Position numbers and translations under genes: made by a program. Below the pieces are notes generated by a model. The model was not told the origin of the DNA. It did not search any database and saw only the letters and a list, made by a program, of their open reading frames with translations. From positions 1 to 64,000 of IMG/VR virus record IMGVR_UViG_2551306709_000010: a DNA stretch of 64,000 nt. One strand, 5' to 3'. This DNA is from an uncultured virus (IMG/VR IMGVR_UViG_2551306709_000010). Taxonomy: Duplodnaviria > Heunggongvirae > Uroviricota > Caudoviricetes. The first letter of the stretch is position 1, and each line of letters starts with the position of its first letter. Positions 49,474-60,334 of the stretch are shown here, piece after piece.

Positions 49474-51117
49474 TTGATATGCATCTACGACAAAAAAACC
49501 ACAAAAGGAAACTTTGAAACTAATGGTCTTGGAGTTCTAGATGAAGTTATAAGCTGCTTTATTACAGAAGAACTTAATGGAGATTATGAACTAGAACTTG
49601 AATATTCAGCTAAGAGAAGAAAAGCAAAACACCTAGAAGAGTGGAACATACTTAAAGTAGATGGACAGCTTTTTAGAATTTATAGAGTTGAAAAGATAAG
49701 TAAAGAAATTAAGATAATAAAGGTGTGGGCAAAGCATATCTTCTATGACCTTCTGTATTACTTTATTGAAGATAGTAGAGCTGTAAATTGTAGTATAAAA
49801 ACTGCTATGGAAAAAGCACTACCGGGAGATGTTAGTACTATATATAAAGTTGATAGTGATATTATTTTAGCTAATACTATCTACTTTGTTCAAACCAATC
49901 CTGTAGAAGCTATGTTTGGAATAATTAAAAGGTGGAAATGTGGAGAAATTAAAAGAGATAATTTTGATATAAAAATTCTAAAGAAAATAGGAAAAGATTC
50001 AGGAGTTTTAATAGCTCAAGGTAAAAATATTTTAGGGATTAAATTTAATTCTGATACAAAAGATGTTGTTACAAAGCTTTATCCAGTAGGTTACAATGGA
50101 ATAAAACTTACTGAAAAGTATATAAATGTGCCTAACTGGAATAGTGATAAGTATCCACCTTTTCCTATAGTTAAAAAGATTCAATTCAAAGAAGCTGAGG
50201 ATGAAGTAACCTTAAGAACTATGGCAAAAGAAAGTATAAAAACCATAGGACTTAGTAAGGTAAATATTGAAGTGGATTTTATAGAACTTAGTAGGACTAA
50301 AGAATATGAAAAATATAAACATCTACAAAAGGTTAATGTAGGAGATAGAGTTATTGTAAGATACAAAGATTTTGATATGGATATTAAAGTTCCAGTTATA
50401 AAAATTAGGAAAGATGTATTAAGAGGGTTAAATGTAAAAGTAGAACTAGGGCAACCTAAAGATAATATTTTAAATCAAATGGATACTTCTGAAATTAAAA
50501 CAACTGTAGATGAACTTGGAAACAAGGTAGCAGAAACACTAACATCTATGCTTTATTATGCAAATCCAGTAGAGTTTATAGTTGGTACAAGCAAAATACA
50601 ACCTGTATATTTGGGGATATCTGCAGTAGCATCAACAAATCTTTCAATGAATCTTTCATTATATTGTATAGCAAATGAAGAATGTACACTTACCATTCAA
50701 ATTCAACTAGATAGAGAAGACATCACTTTTACCCCAAAGCAAAAACTTTTAAAAGGAGATAATGTTGTAGGAATACCTATAGGAATACCACAAGTTAAAT
50801 GTGGTGCTCACTATTTAGGTATTTTTTTATGCGTTGATACAGGAAGTATGAAAATACCAAAGTTTAATTTGCAATGTATGGTGGATGGAAGAAATCTTCA
50901 GGGTGGACTAAGTTCAGAGCCACCTCATGCAGAAGTTAAGGAATATCAACCACTTGTTAATATTAATGGTTTGTATTTTCAAAAATTACAAGTAGGAAAT
51001 CAGATCATAACATTTAAAGAACCTATACCAGTTATATTTGGTGAACATATGACTTTAAATAATAATTTATTTAGGGATAAAGAAATTACAGTAAATTATA
51101 ATATAAGCTTTAAATAA
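49474..51117 (+). CDS. Phage tail spike / Tal-like baseplate hub protein
   Basis: NGLGVL..EELNGDYELELEY, QLFRI, AKHIFYDL, GEIKRDNF, VTKLYPVG. Confidence 0.85.
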   Translation: MICIYDKKTTKGNFETNGLGVLDEVISCFITEELNGDYELELEYSAKRRKAKHLEEWNILKVDGQLFRIYRVEKISKEIKIIKVWAKHIFYDLLYYFIEDSRAVNCSIKTAMEKALPGDVSTIYKVDSDIILANTIYFVQTNPVEAMFGIIKRWKCGEIKRDNFDIKILKKIGKDSGVLIAQGKNILGIKFNSDTKDVVTKLYPVGYNGIKLTEKYINVPNWNSDKYPPFPIVKKIQFKEAEDEVTLRTMAKESIKTIGLSKVNIEVDFIELSRTKEYEKYKHLQKVNVGDRVIVRYKDFDMDIKVPVIKIRKDVLRGLNVKVELGQPKDNILNQMDTSEIKTTVDELGNKVAETLTSMLYYANPVEFIVGTSKIQPVYLGISAVASTNLSMNLSLYCIANEECTLTIQIQLDREDITFTPKQKLLKGDNVVGIPIGIPQVKCGAHYLGIFLCVDTGSMKIPKFNLQCMVDGRNLQGGLSSEPPHAEVKEYQPLVNINGLYFQKLQVGNQIITFKEPIPVIFGEHMTLNNNLFRDKEITVNYNISFK

Positions 51118-51172
51118 AAAATTTCTACCTAATTATGTATATCTAAAATTTAATATGAAAGGGGATGATAAT

Positions 51173-52531
51173 TTGAGTTTTAGAGAAAGCATATCATATA
51201 GTAAAGATTTTTTAACAGGTAGAAAGATTGAAAAAGTAAAGCAGAAATTAATAATGCCTGTTCAAGGAATAGCTACAGTAAAACTTTATGATGATTTAAC
51301 TGGAAAGCAAGTTTATGAGGCAAAAAGTGAAAACAGAATAACAGCAGTTTTAGCAAATTCAGCTTTTTTAGATGGGTTTTATTATCCAATGCTTGAAAAT
51401 AATCAAGAATATTTATTGAAAAAGATTTTTACAACCTATCCTTTTAGAGTGTTATCTTTGACTACAGGGGATATACCAGAAGATCCTTATGATTACTTTA
51501 CATGGGGCAATATAGTAGGTTATGCTGATGCATGGTACACATATAGTGGAGATTCAGAAGTTATAGGTACTGTAAATAAAGGAGAATGGTCTAGAACTAA
51601 TAAAGATGGAAAAGGGACAAAGCATTTTGTTTTTGATTTCCCAACTCATGCTGCTAATGGAACATTTAAAAGTATTTATTGGTCTGGAGGACAAAGAGAT
51701 GATTCAAGTGCTCAAAAGCCTAATATAAATGATATGTATAAAAAGAGAATTATAAAAGAAGAAAGGTATTCAATACCCTATTATAATTTATGCACTGATA
51801 AAAATAATCTTTATGCTCTAGAACCAAATAAAACTATGGTTAATGTATATGATAAATTTAGTATTGAGAAAAAAAGTAATGCTTCATTATCCATTGCATC
51901 TAAAGCTATAGACTATGATGGAGCAAATTTTTGGGTACTTATAAATGATGGCTCATTTAAAAAACTTGATAAGAGTTTTAATATAATAGAAAGCTACCCC
52001 AAAAGTGCTAAAGTTCCAGATAATTTAGTTTATGGTGTTGAATATTTTGATATTGCTGTTACAGAAAGTAATGTATATATAACTTATAAAGGATGTATTA
52101 ATAGAAATGGAAACAGTATAGATTATAGAAGCTGCATAGTTATGTATGATAAGGATGGTACATTTGTTAAAAAAGCAGAAGTTTATACGGGAACTAGTAG
52201 TAGATTATTTATTACTAGAATTCCTAATAATAAGTTATATGTAATAGTTAATGGTAGAAGTGCTATTCAACTAGATATGGATTTAAGCATTTATGGAAGT
52301 ATAGATTTTGGGTACTATAGTTATTATAGTATAACTTGGGATAAGGATACCCAAACTTTATTTGCTTTTAATGATCGTAGTTATGGAAGTTTAAATGAGT
52401 ATTATATAGTTCCAGCTTCAGCACATACACTTCTTCCAGAACCAGTAACAAAAACACCAGTAAATACAATGAAAATTCAATATGATTTCACCTGTGATTA
52501 TGTTAATCCATTAGACATGCCTACTCATTAG
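51173..52531 (+). CDS. Putative tail tip / receptor-binding protein
   Basis: Between Tal and holin; HFVFDFPTHAANGT and TMKIQYDF flank a beta-rich insert; TTG start after RBS. Confidence 0.65.
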   Translation: MSFRESISYSKDFLTGRKIEKVKQKLIMPVQGIATVKLYDDLTGKQVYEAKSENRITAVLANSAFLDGFYYPMLENNQEYLLKKIFTTYPFRVLSLTTGDIPEDPYDYFTWGNIVGYADAWYTYSGDSEVIGTVNKGEWSRTNKDGKGTKHFVFDFPTHAANGTFKSIYWSGGQRDDSSAQKPNINDMYKKRIIKEERYSIPYYNLCTDKNNLYALEPNKTMVNVYDKFSIEKKSNASLSIASKAIDYDGANFWVLINDGSFKKLDKSFNIIESYPKSAKVPDNLVYGVEYFDIAVTESNVYITYKGCINRNGNSIDYRSCIVMYDKDGTFVKKAEVYTGTSSRLFITRIPNNKLYVIVNGRSAIQLDMDLSIYGSIDFGYYSYYSITWDKDTQTLFAFNDRSYGSLNEYYIVPASAHTLLPEPVTKTPVNTMKIQYDFTCDYVNPLDMPTH

Positions 52532-52571
52532 TTTGAGTAGGTTTTAATTATGTAAGAAGGAGGCGTTGACA

Positions 52572-52979
52572 ATGAAAAATATTATTGAAATGGTACAAAT
52601 GATATTTGCATCCATAGGTGGATGGATTGGATGGATGCTTGGAGGAATTGATGGATTCTTATATGCACTTATAGCTTTTGTTGTTATTGATTATTTAACT
52701 GGAATTATGGCTTCAATTCTTGAACAAAAGCTATCTAGCGAAGTAGGGTTTAGAGGAATATTTAAAAAGGTACTTACTTTTGTTTTGGTAGGAGTAGCTC
52801 ATATAATTGATTATTACCTTATAGGCAGTGGTAGTGCAATTCGTACCGCTGTTATATTTTTTTATATATCAAATGAAGGAATCAGTATCTTAGAAAATAC
52901 AGCAAAGATAGGACTGCCAATACCAGATAAGTTAAGGAATGTTTTAGAGCAGTTAAAGGAGGAAAAGAAAAATGGCTAG
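52572..52979 (+). CDS. Holin (phage_holin_4 type)
   Basis: IDYLTG, LSSEVGFRGIFKK, NEGISILEN..GLPIP. Confidence 0.9.
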   Translation: MKNIIEMVQMIFASIGGWIGWMLGGIDGFLYALIAFVVIDYLTGIMASILEQKLSSEVGFRGIFKKVLTFVLVGVAHIIDYYLIGSGSAIRTAVIFFYISNEGISILENTAKIGLPIPDKLRNVLEQLKEEKKNG

Positions 52980-53676
52980 ATTATGTTTTGATTATGGGCA
53001 TGGAGGAGAAGATAGTGGTGCATGTTATAAAGGAAGAAAAGAAAGTAATGATGTATTAAGCTTAGGTAAAGCTGTAGCTGAAAAGGTCAGAAGGCATGGA
53101 GTTACTGTTGATGAAACAAGAACTAATGATATTACAGTTAGTTTAAGGGAAAGAAGCAATTTTGAAAACAGAAATAATTATAATTATTTCATATCTTTTC
53201 ATAGAAATGCTTATAAACCGCAGAAAGCAAATGGTGCTGAAGCTTACACTTATTTAAGTGCAAGTACAAAAGCTAAAGCACTGGCAGAAAAAATACAAGC
53301 TGGACTTGTAGAGATTGGTTTTACTAACAGAGGAGTAAAGACAGCTAATTATCATGTGCTAAGAGAAACTAGATGTCCAGCAGTTTTAATTGAAATTGGG
53401 TTTATTGATAATAGTGTGGATAATAATATTTTTGATTCTAAAAGAAATGAAATTATTAGAGAAATAGCCAAAGCTATATTATCTCAGTTAGGCATAGGAT
53501 ATAAAGAAAATAAATCTAATGAAGCAATAGCTCAGCAAAAGCAGCAAGCCACAAGTGGACAAACTCTTTATAGAGTTATGGCAGGTTCTTATGCTGTTAG
53601 AGATAACGCAGAAAAGCAAGTTGAAAAATTAAAGAAGGCTGGATTTGACGCTACAATTATGGTTTTTAATAAGTAA
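52972..53676 (+). CDS. Endolysin: Amidase_3 + SPOR-like domain
   Basis: DYGHGGEDSGA, FISFHRNA, VLIEIGFIDN; YRVMAGSY..NAEKQVEKLKKAGFDA. Confidence 0.9.
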   Translation: MARLCFDYGHGGEDSGACYKGRKESNDVLSLGKAVAEKVRRHGVTVDETRTNDITVSLRERSNFENRNNYNYFISFHRNAYKPQKANGAEAYTYLSASTKAKALAEKIQAGLVEIGFTNRGVKTANYHVLRETRCPAVLIEIGFIDNSVDNNIFDSKRNEIIREIAKAILSQLGIGYKENKSNEAIAQQKQQATSGQTLYRVMAGSYAVRDNAEKQVEKLKKAGFDATIMVFNK

Positions 53677-53696
53677 AAGAGTTCACCTTTAAATAG

Positions 53697-53754
53697 CTTG
53701 ACTTCTATCAAGTTCAGAGTGATATATAGTAGTACAAATTTGATAGAAAGGAGG
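53697..53754 (+). promoter_or_regulatory. Hairpin/promoter-like motif, copy C
   Basis: TTGACTT-N12-GAGTGATATATAGT; arms TTCTATCAAGTT / AATTTGATAGAA abutting the AGGAGG RBS. Confidence 0.65.
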
Positions 53755-53761
53755 ATTTACA

Positions 53762-55051
53762 GTGCGTGTAAGGATTATAGAGCCTACTTTAAAAACTGAA
53801 AAAGTAAAGAAAAAAGTATGTGCTTATGCAAGAGTTTCAACAGATAGTCAAAAGCAAGATGAATCATTAGAAAATCAAATACAATATTATGAAAATCTTA
53901 TATTAAATAATCCAGACTATGAGTTTATAGGAGTGTTTGCAGATAGAGGAATAACAGGAACTACTGAAGATAGACCGGAATTTCAAAGTATGATGAACTT
54001 TTGTAGACAAGGAAAGATAGACTTAATTATTACTAAATCAATATCTAGATTTGCAAGGAATACCGCTATAGTTTTGGAAACTGTAAGAGAACTGAAATTA
54101 CTAAACATAGAAGTGAGATTTGAAAAAGAAAATATAAATACTTTGTCAGGGGATGGTGAGTTAATGCTTACTGTCCTTTCTTCTTTTGTCCAAGAAGAAA
54201 GTAAAAATGTAAGTGATAACATCAAATGGAGAATGAGAAAGAAGTTTCAGCAAGGAGAAATGATTATAAATACTAAAAGATTTTTGGGGTATGACAAGGA
54301 TGAGTATGGAGATTTAGTGATAAATCCTAAAGAGGCTGAGGTGGTAAAAAGAATTTTTAATGAATACTTAAGTGGAAAAGGCTGTTTTACAATTGCAAAA
54401 GGTCTTAGAGAAGAAGGAGTTCCTACAGTGGCTGGTGGAACATGGAGAGATAGTACTATTTTAAGAATACTAAAGAATGAGAAGTATAAAGGGGATGCAT
54501 TACTTCAAAAATATTATACATCAGATCATTTAAGAAAAAAGAAAGTTAGGAATAATGGAGAAGTTGATAGCTATTACATTGAAGATAATCATGTGCCAAT
54601 AGTTTCAAGAGAAACGTGGGAAGCTGTTCAAGAAGAAATTAAAAATAGAGCTAAGGATAAAGGAATTGTTTCAGGAGATACAAAAAAATATAAGAGAAGA
54701 TATCCACTAACAGGAATGCTTTACTGCAGTAAATGTAGTTCTACCTTAAGAAGAAGAACATGGAACAGCAAATTAAATTGTAAAAAGATAGTATGGCAAT
54801 GTAGTAACTATATTAAAAACGGAAAGAATGCTTGCAGGGGAACTTCAATAGATGATGAGACTATAAGCAAGCTTAATATAAAAGAAGAAACTGTAGTAAA
54901 GGAGGAGATTAGAAATGGCAAGAAGTATTACAGTTATACCAGCAAGAGAACACAGAACCAACATAGCGCAAACAATAGAGTCGCACAAAAAGAGAATGGC
55001 AGCGTATTGCAGGGTATCAACAGACCAAGCAGAACAGTTATCAAGCTATGA
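53762..55051 (+). CDS. Large serine recombinase 1
   Basis: CAYARVST, KSISRFARN, recombinase domain LKNEKYKG, zinc ribbon CSKC..C..C. Confidence 0.95.
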   Translation: MRVRIIEPTLKTEKVKKKVCAYARVSTDSQKQDESLENQIQYYENLILNNPDYEFIGVFADRGITGTTEDRPEFQSMMNFCRQGKIDLIITKSISRFARNTAIVLETVRELKLLNIEVRFEKENINTLSGDGELMLTVLSSFVQEESKNVSDNIKWRMRKKFQQGEMIINTKRFLGYDKDEYGDLVINPKEAEVVKRIFNEYLSGKGCFTIAKGLREEGVPTVAGGTWRDSTILRILKNEKYKGDALLQKYYTSDHLRKKKVRNNGEVDSYYIEDNHVPIVSRETWEAVQEEIKNRAKDKGIVSGDTKKYKRRYPLTGMLYCSKCSSTLRRRTWNSKLNCKKIVWQCSNYIKNGKNACRGTSIDDETISKLNIKEETVVKEEIRNGKKYYSYTSKRTQNQHSANNRVAQKENGSVLQGINRPSRTVIKL

Positions 55052-56327
55052 AGCACAGGTAAATTACTATACTAATTTTATAAATAATAGTCCTGAATAT
55101 GAAATGGTAAAAGTCTATGCTGATGAAGGAATTTCAGGAACTAATACTAAAAAGAGAGAACAATTTAATGAAATGATTAAGGATTGTAAGTTAGGAAAAA
55201 TAGATATAATTATAACAAAATCTATATCAAGGTTTGCTCGTAATACTTTAGATTGCTTAAATTATGTAAGAATGCTTAAAGAACTTGGCATTGGAGTTAT
55301 TTTTGAAAAGGAAAATATAAACACATTAGATGGTAAAGGAGAGGTTTTAATTTCCATTCTCGCAAGCTTGGCTCAAGACGAAAGCAGAAGCATCAGTGAA
55401 AATTCAACATGGGGAATAAGAAGAAGATTTGAACAAGGAAAGCTTCATATAAACCACAAAAAATTTTTAGGATATGATAAAGATGAAGAAGGTAATCTTA
55501 TAATCAATGAGAAACAAGCCAAAATTGTAAGAAGAATTTATAAAGACTACTTAGATGGAAAAGGTACAAATAGGATAGCAAAGGAACTTGAAGAAAAAGG
55601 AATTAAAGGCTGGAATGGAAAGGCTAAATGGTATGAAAGCACTATAAGAGGGATATTAACAAATGAAAAATATAAAGGAGATGCGCTACTGCAAAAGACT
55701 TATACAGTAGATTTTCTTACTAAGAAAAGGGCAGAAAACAATGGAGAAGTTCCACAGTATTATGTGGAAGAAAGCCATCCAGCAATTATAGATAAAGAGA
55801 TGCATGCCGCAGTTCAGCTTGAGATGGAGAGAAGAAAAACCTTTGCTAAAGAACATGGCATTGTAAAAGTAGATTATGCTACAGTAACCAATCCTTTTGC
55901 AGGAAAAGCTATTTGTGGGCACTGCGGCAGTGTTTTTGGGAGAAAGGTTTGGAATTCTACAAATGAAATACGTAGGAGAATTGTTTGGAGATGTAATAAA
56001 AGATATATAGAAAAAGGTAAGAAAGGCTGCAATAATAAGCATATAGATGATAAGGTTTTATACCAAGCTTTTATAGATACTTTTAATGCTATGATTGAAA
56101 ATAAAGATTACTTCATGGAGAAGTGGAAGGAACATTTAAAAAGTGAGAATGTTTTAGTTAGATATAAGGCAAAGCAGTTCGTGGGAATTTTAAAAAATGC
56201 AAAACCAATAAAACAATTTGATGAGGATTTGTTTTTTAGGATAGTAGAGAAGATGACGGTGTTTGATGGAGAGAAGATTATTGTAAGTTTGCTTGATGGG
56301 ACGGAGATAGAAGTTATAATTGAATAA
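54915..56327 (+). CDS. Large serine recombinase 2
   Basis: AAYCRVST, KSISRFARN, LTNEKYKG, CGHC..C..C; overlaps recombinase 1 by 137 bp. Confidence 0.95.
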   Translation: MARSITVIPAREHRTNIAQTIESHKKRMAAYCRVSTDQAEQLSSYEAQVNYYTNFINNSPEYEMVKVYADEGISGTNTKKREQFNEMIKDCKLGKIDIIITKSISRFARNTLDCLNYVRMLKELGIGVIFEKENINTLDGKGEVLISILASLAQDESRSISENSTWGIRRRFEQGKLHINHKKFLGYDKDEEGNLIINEKQAKIVRRIYKDYLDGKGTNRIAKELEEKGIKGWNGKAKWYESTIRGILTNEKYKGDALLQKTYTVDFLTKKRAENNGEVPQYYVEESHPAIIDKEMHAAVQLEMERRKTFAKEHGIVKVDYATVTNPFAGKAICGHCGSVFGRKVWNSTNEIRRRIVWRCNKRYIEKGKKGCNNKHIDDKVLYQAFIDTFNAMIENKDYFMEKWKEHLKSENVLVRYKAKQFVGILKNAKPIKQFDEDLFFRIVEKMTVFDGEKIIVSLLDGTEIEVIIE

Positions 56328-56336
56328 TAAAATAAG

Positions 56337-56378
56337 AGGCTGATTGTGATAATTTTTATCATAATCAGTCATTTTTTT
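56337..56378 (+). terminator. Intrinsic terminator
   Basis: GGCTGATTGTGATAA-loop-TTATCATAATCAGTC followed by a T-tract. Confidence 0.7.
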
Positions 56379-56470
56379 CTTTATTAAATAGAAAAAGGAA
56401 TAAAATAATGAGTATAATTGAAATAGAAAGATGTTTCATAATAATTTTAAGAAGAAATGGAGGGGAGAAA

Positions 56471-58129
56471 ATGCTGAAATTGGAGGAGTATATTTCAAAG
56501 AGAAAAAAGGAGGATAGAATTGATGAATTTGACTTTAAGAAACATTCAGAGAATATGGCGAGTGTTATAAAATATGTAACAGATTATTTTAATAATTATT
56601 TAAATTTAGAGGATTACGATTATAAGCAAACAAAAATACAACAAACAGGAGAGAAGTTTAAGAAGGATATACAAAAAATATATCCAGAAACATATGACTA
56701 TATAATCTCATACTATTTAGATAATAAAAAACGATTGGATAAATATATTGCTAAAGCTTATGAAGAAATTAAAGACAGTGAGTTGTTTTATAAAGAAGAG
56801 GATTATGATAGGGTTGCTGAGTATGTTATTGAAAAAAAATTAAATGTTCCTATGAATGAAACATTATGTCATAAATTATCTGTGATGGCACGAGAATATA
56901 AAAAACATGAAAATGAATGTCCATCTATTTCTGAAATGAAGGAACTTGATAATGCACTAGTGGATTGGGTAAAGTGTGTATTTAGAAAATATAATGTGAA
57001 TTTATTGAATTATGCAAGTGAGATAGCATATCATTACTACGAAACTTATGTGGTTACAGAATATGATAGAGATACAGATACTTTTTATCATATAAATAAG
57101 TACGACTATAGATATCAAGAAAATCCATTTGATATTAATACTATTTATGCTAGAAATGAGCATAGGGAGTTTATTAAGGATAATAAAGGTGAACTTGAAA
57201 TGCTAATAATGTATTGTTGGTTAAATGATGAAATAAGAGATTTAGATTATTGGCCAGAATATGTTCAACTTTGCATTGATTCAAATAGGGTAAAGTTATC
57301 AAAAAGAAAGCGTGTATTTATACCAGTTCAGATTTCTAATATTAATTACCCACCTGAAATAGTAACTTCAGGTAAATATATTGAAACAGTTAATGGTTTA
57401 ATTGAGAAAGATCCAGGAAAAGATTATATATTAAGGATAGCTTATCGAAAGAACAATGATGAAATATGGAAAGATAAAATGTTATTAGAATCTATAATTA
57501 AGAATATACAAAGTAGCTTTAAAAGATACGGAACTCCTAGTCTTGTAGAATTTCAATCCCCATATAAAACAGTAGGATATAATAAGGAAAAGTTTTTTGA
57601 TAGTTATCAGGTATTCGAGAAAGGTTTACGTAGATTTACCAATACTAAAATAGCTATAATAAATGGAAATATGAAAGGAAGTAAAGGAAAAGAATTTTTA
57701 TTTTCAAATATAGATGACATTATTAAATTACATAATACCTGCAAACAATTAAATCTAAGATTAAAACTATCAGTGGATTTTACTGATAGTAATAGAAAAA
57801 ATATTTTAAAGGAAAAAATTGAAGAAACAATTAATGCTTTATCTTCAATGAGAAGTTTTATAGTGGGAATTCATTTTAATAGTATTGATTCTTGGAGTAA
57901 TTATAGGGGAATATATGATGAAGACAGTAAACATGCATATATGAGTGTCCATGAATATCCAACAGTATCAACTTTTATGCAGGGGCTGGCTACTATTGTA
58001 CAGGATAGTAAAGTACGATATTTAATTCCAGAGAAAGTTAAAAATGAAGATGTACTTGAAGGTTTAATAGATATACTGTATCGTGCTGGGTTTAGTTTTA
58101 AAAAAGGTGGTAATGTTAATGAAAAGTAG
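56471..58129 (+). CDS. Two-domain hypothetical protein (helical N-terminus, possible degenerate TIM-barrel C-terminus)
   Basis: GGAGGGGAG RBS; alternating beta/alpha motifs LVEFQSPY, IAIING, LSVDF, VGIHFN, YLIPE in the C-terminal half. Confidence 0.75.
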   Translation: MLKLEEYISKRKKEDRIDEFDFKKHSENMASVIKYVTDYFNNYLNLEDYDYKQTKIQQTGEKFKKDIQKIYPETYDYIISYYLDNKKRLDKYIAKAYEEIKDSELFYKEEDYDRVAEYVIEKKLNVPMNETLCHKLSVMAREYKKHENECPSISEMKELDNALVDWVKCVFRKYNVNLLNYASEIAYHYYETYVVTEYDRDTDTFYHINKYDYRYQENPFDINTIYARNEHREFIKDNKGELEMLIMYCWLNDEIRDLDYWPEYVQLCIDSNRVKLSKRKRVFIPVQISNINYPPEIVTSGKYIETVNGLIEKDPGKDYILRIAYRKNNDEIWKDKMLLESIIKNIQSSFKRYGTPSLVEFQSPYKTVGYNKEKFFDSYQVFEKGLRRFTNTKIAIINGNMKGSKGKEFLFSNIDDIIKLHNTCKQLNLRLKLSVDFTDSNRKNILKEKIEETINALSSMRSFIVGIHFNSIDSWSNYRGIYDEDSKHAYMSVHEYPTVSTFMQGLATIVQDSKVRYLIPEKVKNEDVLEGLIDILYRAGFSFKKGGNVNEK

Positions 58130-59093
58130 TGGAGCAATAGATATATATGATGAAACTGAATTTTACTCATGGGTTAAAATGATTAATGTTACATTAGCAG
58201 AAAAGAATTATTGCAATATGATTGAAGAGCATAGTAGTGAGATGAATAATAGGAAGAATATAAATAAAGACAAGTATTTAGAAAACCTACCTTTTAGTAT
58301 AAGATGGAAGCTGAAAGGGGAAATTTACACTTACTCAAATGTAAGAAAAACAGTTGTATTAGATATAAGTACTTCAGAAAAAACAAGAGATAAAGCATAT
58401 AGATTTATGAGTACTTTTATAAGTTGCATTTCTAAAATTGGTGGCGGAGTATATGTTGAGAATATGCAGAACGATGACAATACAATGTTTACATTATTAG
58501 AAAGTAGGTACAAATGTAGCTTATATGAAAAGCAAGTTAAGTTAAGGGATAAGATAAAAATAGGGGAAAGAAAAATGAGACCTTTATATGACTTGGAATA
58601 TACTGGTGATTTGTGTTTTGAAGTCTTTGGTGAAGAAATAAATAAAAAGGATACTTGGGAATTATTACAGACTATAGAGTTTTATAAATCAGATACTATA
58701 GAAAGTAAATTGATAGATTTGTTTTATAAACTAAGAGAAGACGCAATATCTAAAAAGATTATTATAGATCAAGAGATGGCAAAGCAACAACAAGAGAGGG
58801 AAAAAGAAATTAAACAATGGGAAGAAGAGAAGATACGTGAAGATCAAGCCCATAAAGAAAAAGAAAAATTACTAAAGAAACAAAAAATGCAAGAAAAAAT
58901 AAAAAACCATATTGATAAATGGGAGAATATTAATAAAGTCTTAGAGTATGTTAATGATTTACGTCATATGTCAGGTATCAGTGATAATGAAAGAAAACTA
59001 ATTTTAAAGTATTGTGATTATGTTGAAAAGACCTATAGTAAATCAGAATTTTATAAAGAAGTTTTAGAATTTTCGCAAAAATCAGAATTCTAA
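58119..59093 (+). CDS. Hypothetical protein with C-terminal coiled coil
   Basis: Overlaps the previous stop; E/K/Q-rich helix near the C-terminus. Confidence 0.7.
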   Translation: MKSSGAIDIYDETEFYSWVKMINVTLAEKNYCNMIEEHSSEMNNRKNINKDKYLENLPFSIRWKLKGEIYTYSNVRKTVVLDISTSEKTRDKAYRFMSTFISCISKIGGGVYVENMQNDDNTMFTLLESRYKCSLYEKQVKLRDKIKIGERKMRPLYDLEYTGDLCFEVFGEEINKKDTWELLQTIEFYKSDTIESKLIDLFYKLREDAISKKIIIDQEMAKQQQEREKEIKQWEEEKIREDQAHKEKEKLLKKQKMQEKIKNHIDKWENINKVLEYVNDLRHMSGISDNERKLILKYCDYVEKTYSKSEFYKEVLEFSQKSEF

Positions 59094-59106
59094 AGGAGAG
59101 ATACAA

Positions 59107-60198
59107 ATGAAAATAACTATAAAAGATACTAATTTAGTTGATAAAGAGTTAGACAAAAAGATTCGTAAACAATTAAAAGATAAAGTTCAAGAATTTGATG
59201 AAAACAGAAGATATACCATGGATTTACAATTTCCCGAAGATTTTATTATATATGAGTCTGAAATAAATTCATATGAGATACCAGAAGAGTCTTTGCCACT
59301 ATATCAAAGGGGAAAAGAATTAAAAGGCAAAGAGAAAATGTATGAATTATTAAGTTATCGAATTGATACTGTTATAAATATAGTTAAGGAATATAGAATA
59401 AGATTAGGGAATTGTGGTATTAAAGGAATGCCATTTATGGAATTTAATAAAATAGAACTATGTTTTTCAGAGGAAGATGTGCAGTTAGATAATAAATGCA
59501 AACGAAAAAAGGATAAGGAAATCACGGTTATTACAGTAATGCCAAGTTTTTCAGGGTTTATTAAAAATCTTGAATCTGCTCTCAAGGATATTGAAAATAG
59601 AATAGAAACAGAATTAGAGAATGTATTTGATGATAAAAAAGAATACGATAAATATAAATCACTTGTTGATAAATTTGAGTTATATAATATATTAAGTGAT
59701 TTGAAAAAAGAATATGGGGAAATGTGGATATATTCAAGGGAACATAAATCAGAATTGAAAAAGAAGTTTATAGAGACAATAGAAATTAAAGCTGGAATTG
59801 TTTCAGATGATATATTAAAAGAGCAGATATTACAACCACTTGAGTTTAAAACAGTTGTAATATGTGAAATTCCTGTTTGTAAAATAATTAAGAAAAATAC
59901 TGGAGTAAATAAGTGTATTGGGCATATTAGATTATTAACAAATGGAAGAATAATTAATGTTAAGTATCAACCACATAGTAAGCCATATGTAATACCAGAT
60001 GAAGTTTTTGAAGAATGCATTGTTAGTGTCACATCTGAAAACAACAATAAAAAATTACTTAAGATAATAGAAGAACTTGTTAATAAGGTTGATGAAATCT
60101 GCCAAGAGTTTGGATATGTACTTGAAAAGGATATAATTCACAATGTAATAGGATATATGGATATAAAGAGTGTTATAAAAAAAGTTAGAGAAGCATAA
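59107..60198 (+). CDS. Hypothetical protein
   Basis: AAGGAG RBS, 363 aa, 13 bp after the previous gene. Confidence 0.7.
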   Translation: MKITIKDTNLVDKELDKKIRKQLKDKVQEFDENRRYTMDLQFPEDFIIYESEINSYEIPEESLPLYQRGKELKGKEKMYELLSYRIDTVINIVKEYRIRLGNCGIKGMPFMEFNKIELCFSEEDVQLDNKCKRKKDKEITVITVMPSFSGFIKNLESALKDIENRIETELENVFDDKKEYDKYKSLVDKFELYNILSDLKKEYGEMWIYSREHKSELKKKFIETIEIKAGIVSDDILKEQILQPLEFKTVVICEIPVCKIIKKNTGVNKCIGHIRLLTNGRIINVKYQPHSKPYVIPDEVFEECIVSVTSENNNKKLLKIIEELVNKVDEICQEFGYVLEKDIIHNVIGYMDIKSVIKKVREA

Positions 60199-60334
60199 AG
60201 AAGAATATGCTAAGTGTACATGAGGTAAGTTAAAAATGAGCAAAGATAAAGCATTGTTTTGCAAAAAAAATTTACTTAAATATATGGAAGAATTTTTAGA
60301 TAATAAAATTACTCAATAGGAATACTATGAACTG

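Noticed and set aside
49474..52531. Diversity-generating retroelement or invertible tail-fibre system
   Set aside because: No reverse transcriptase, template/variable repeat pair or inverted cassette was seen near the tail genes.
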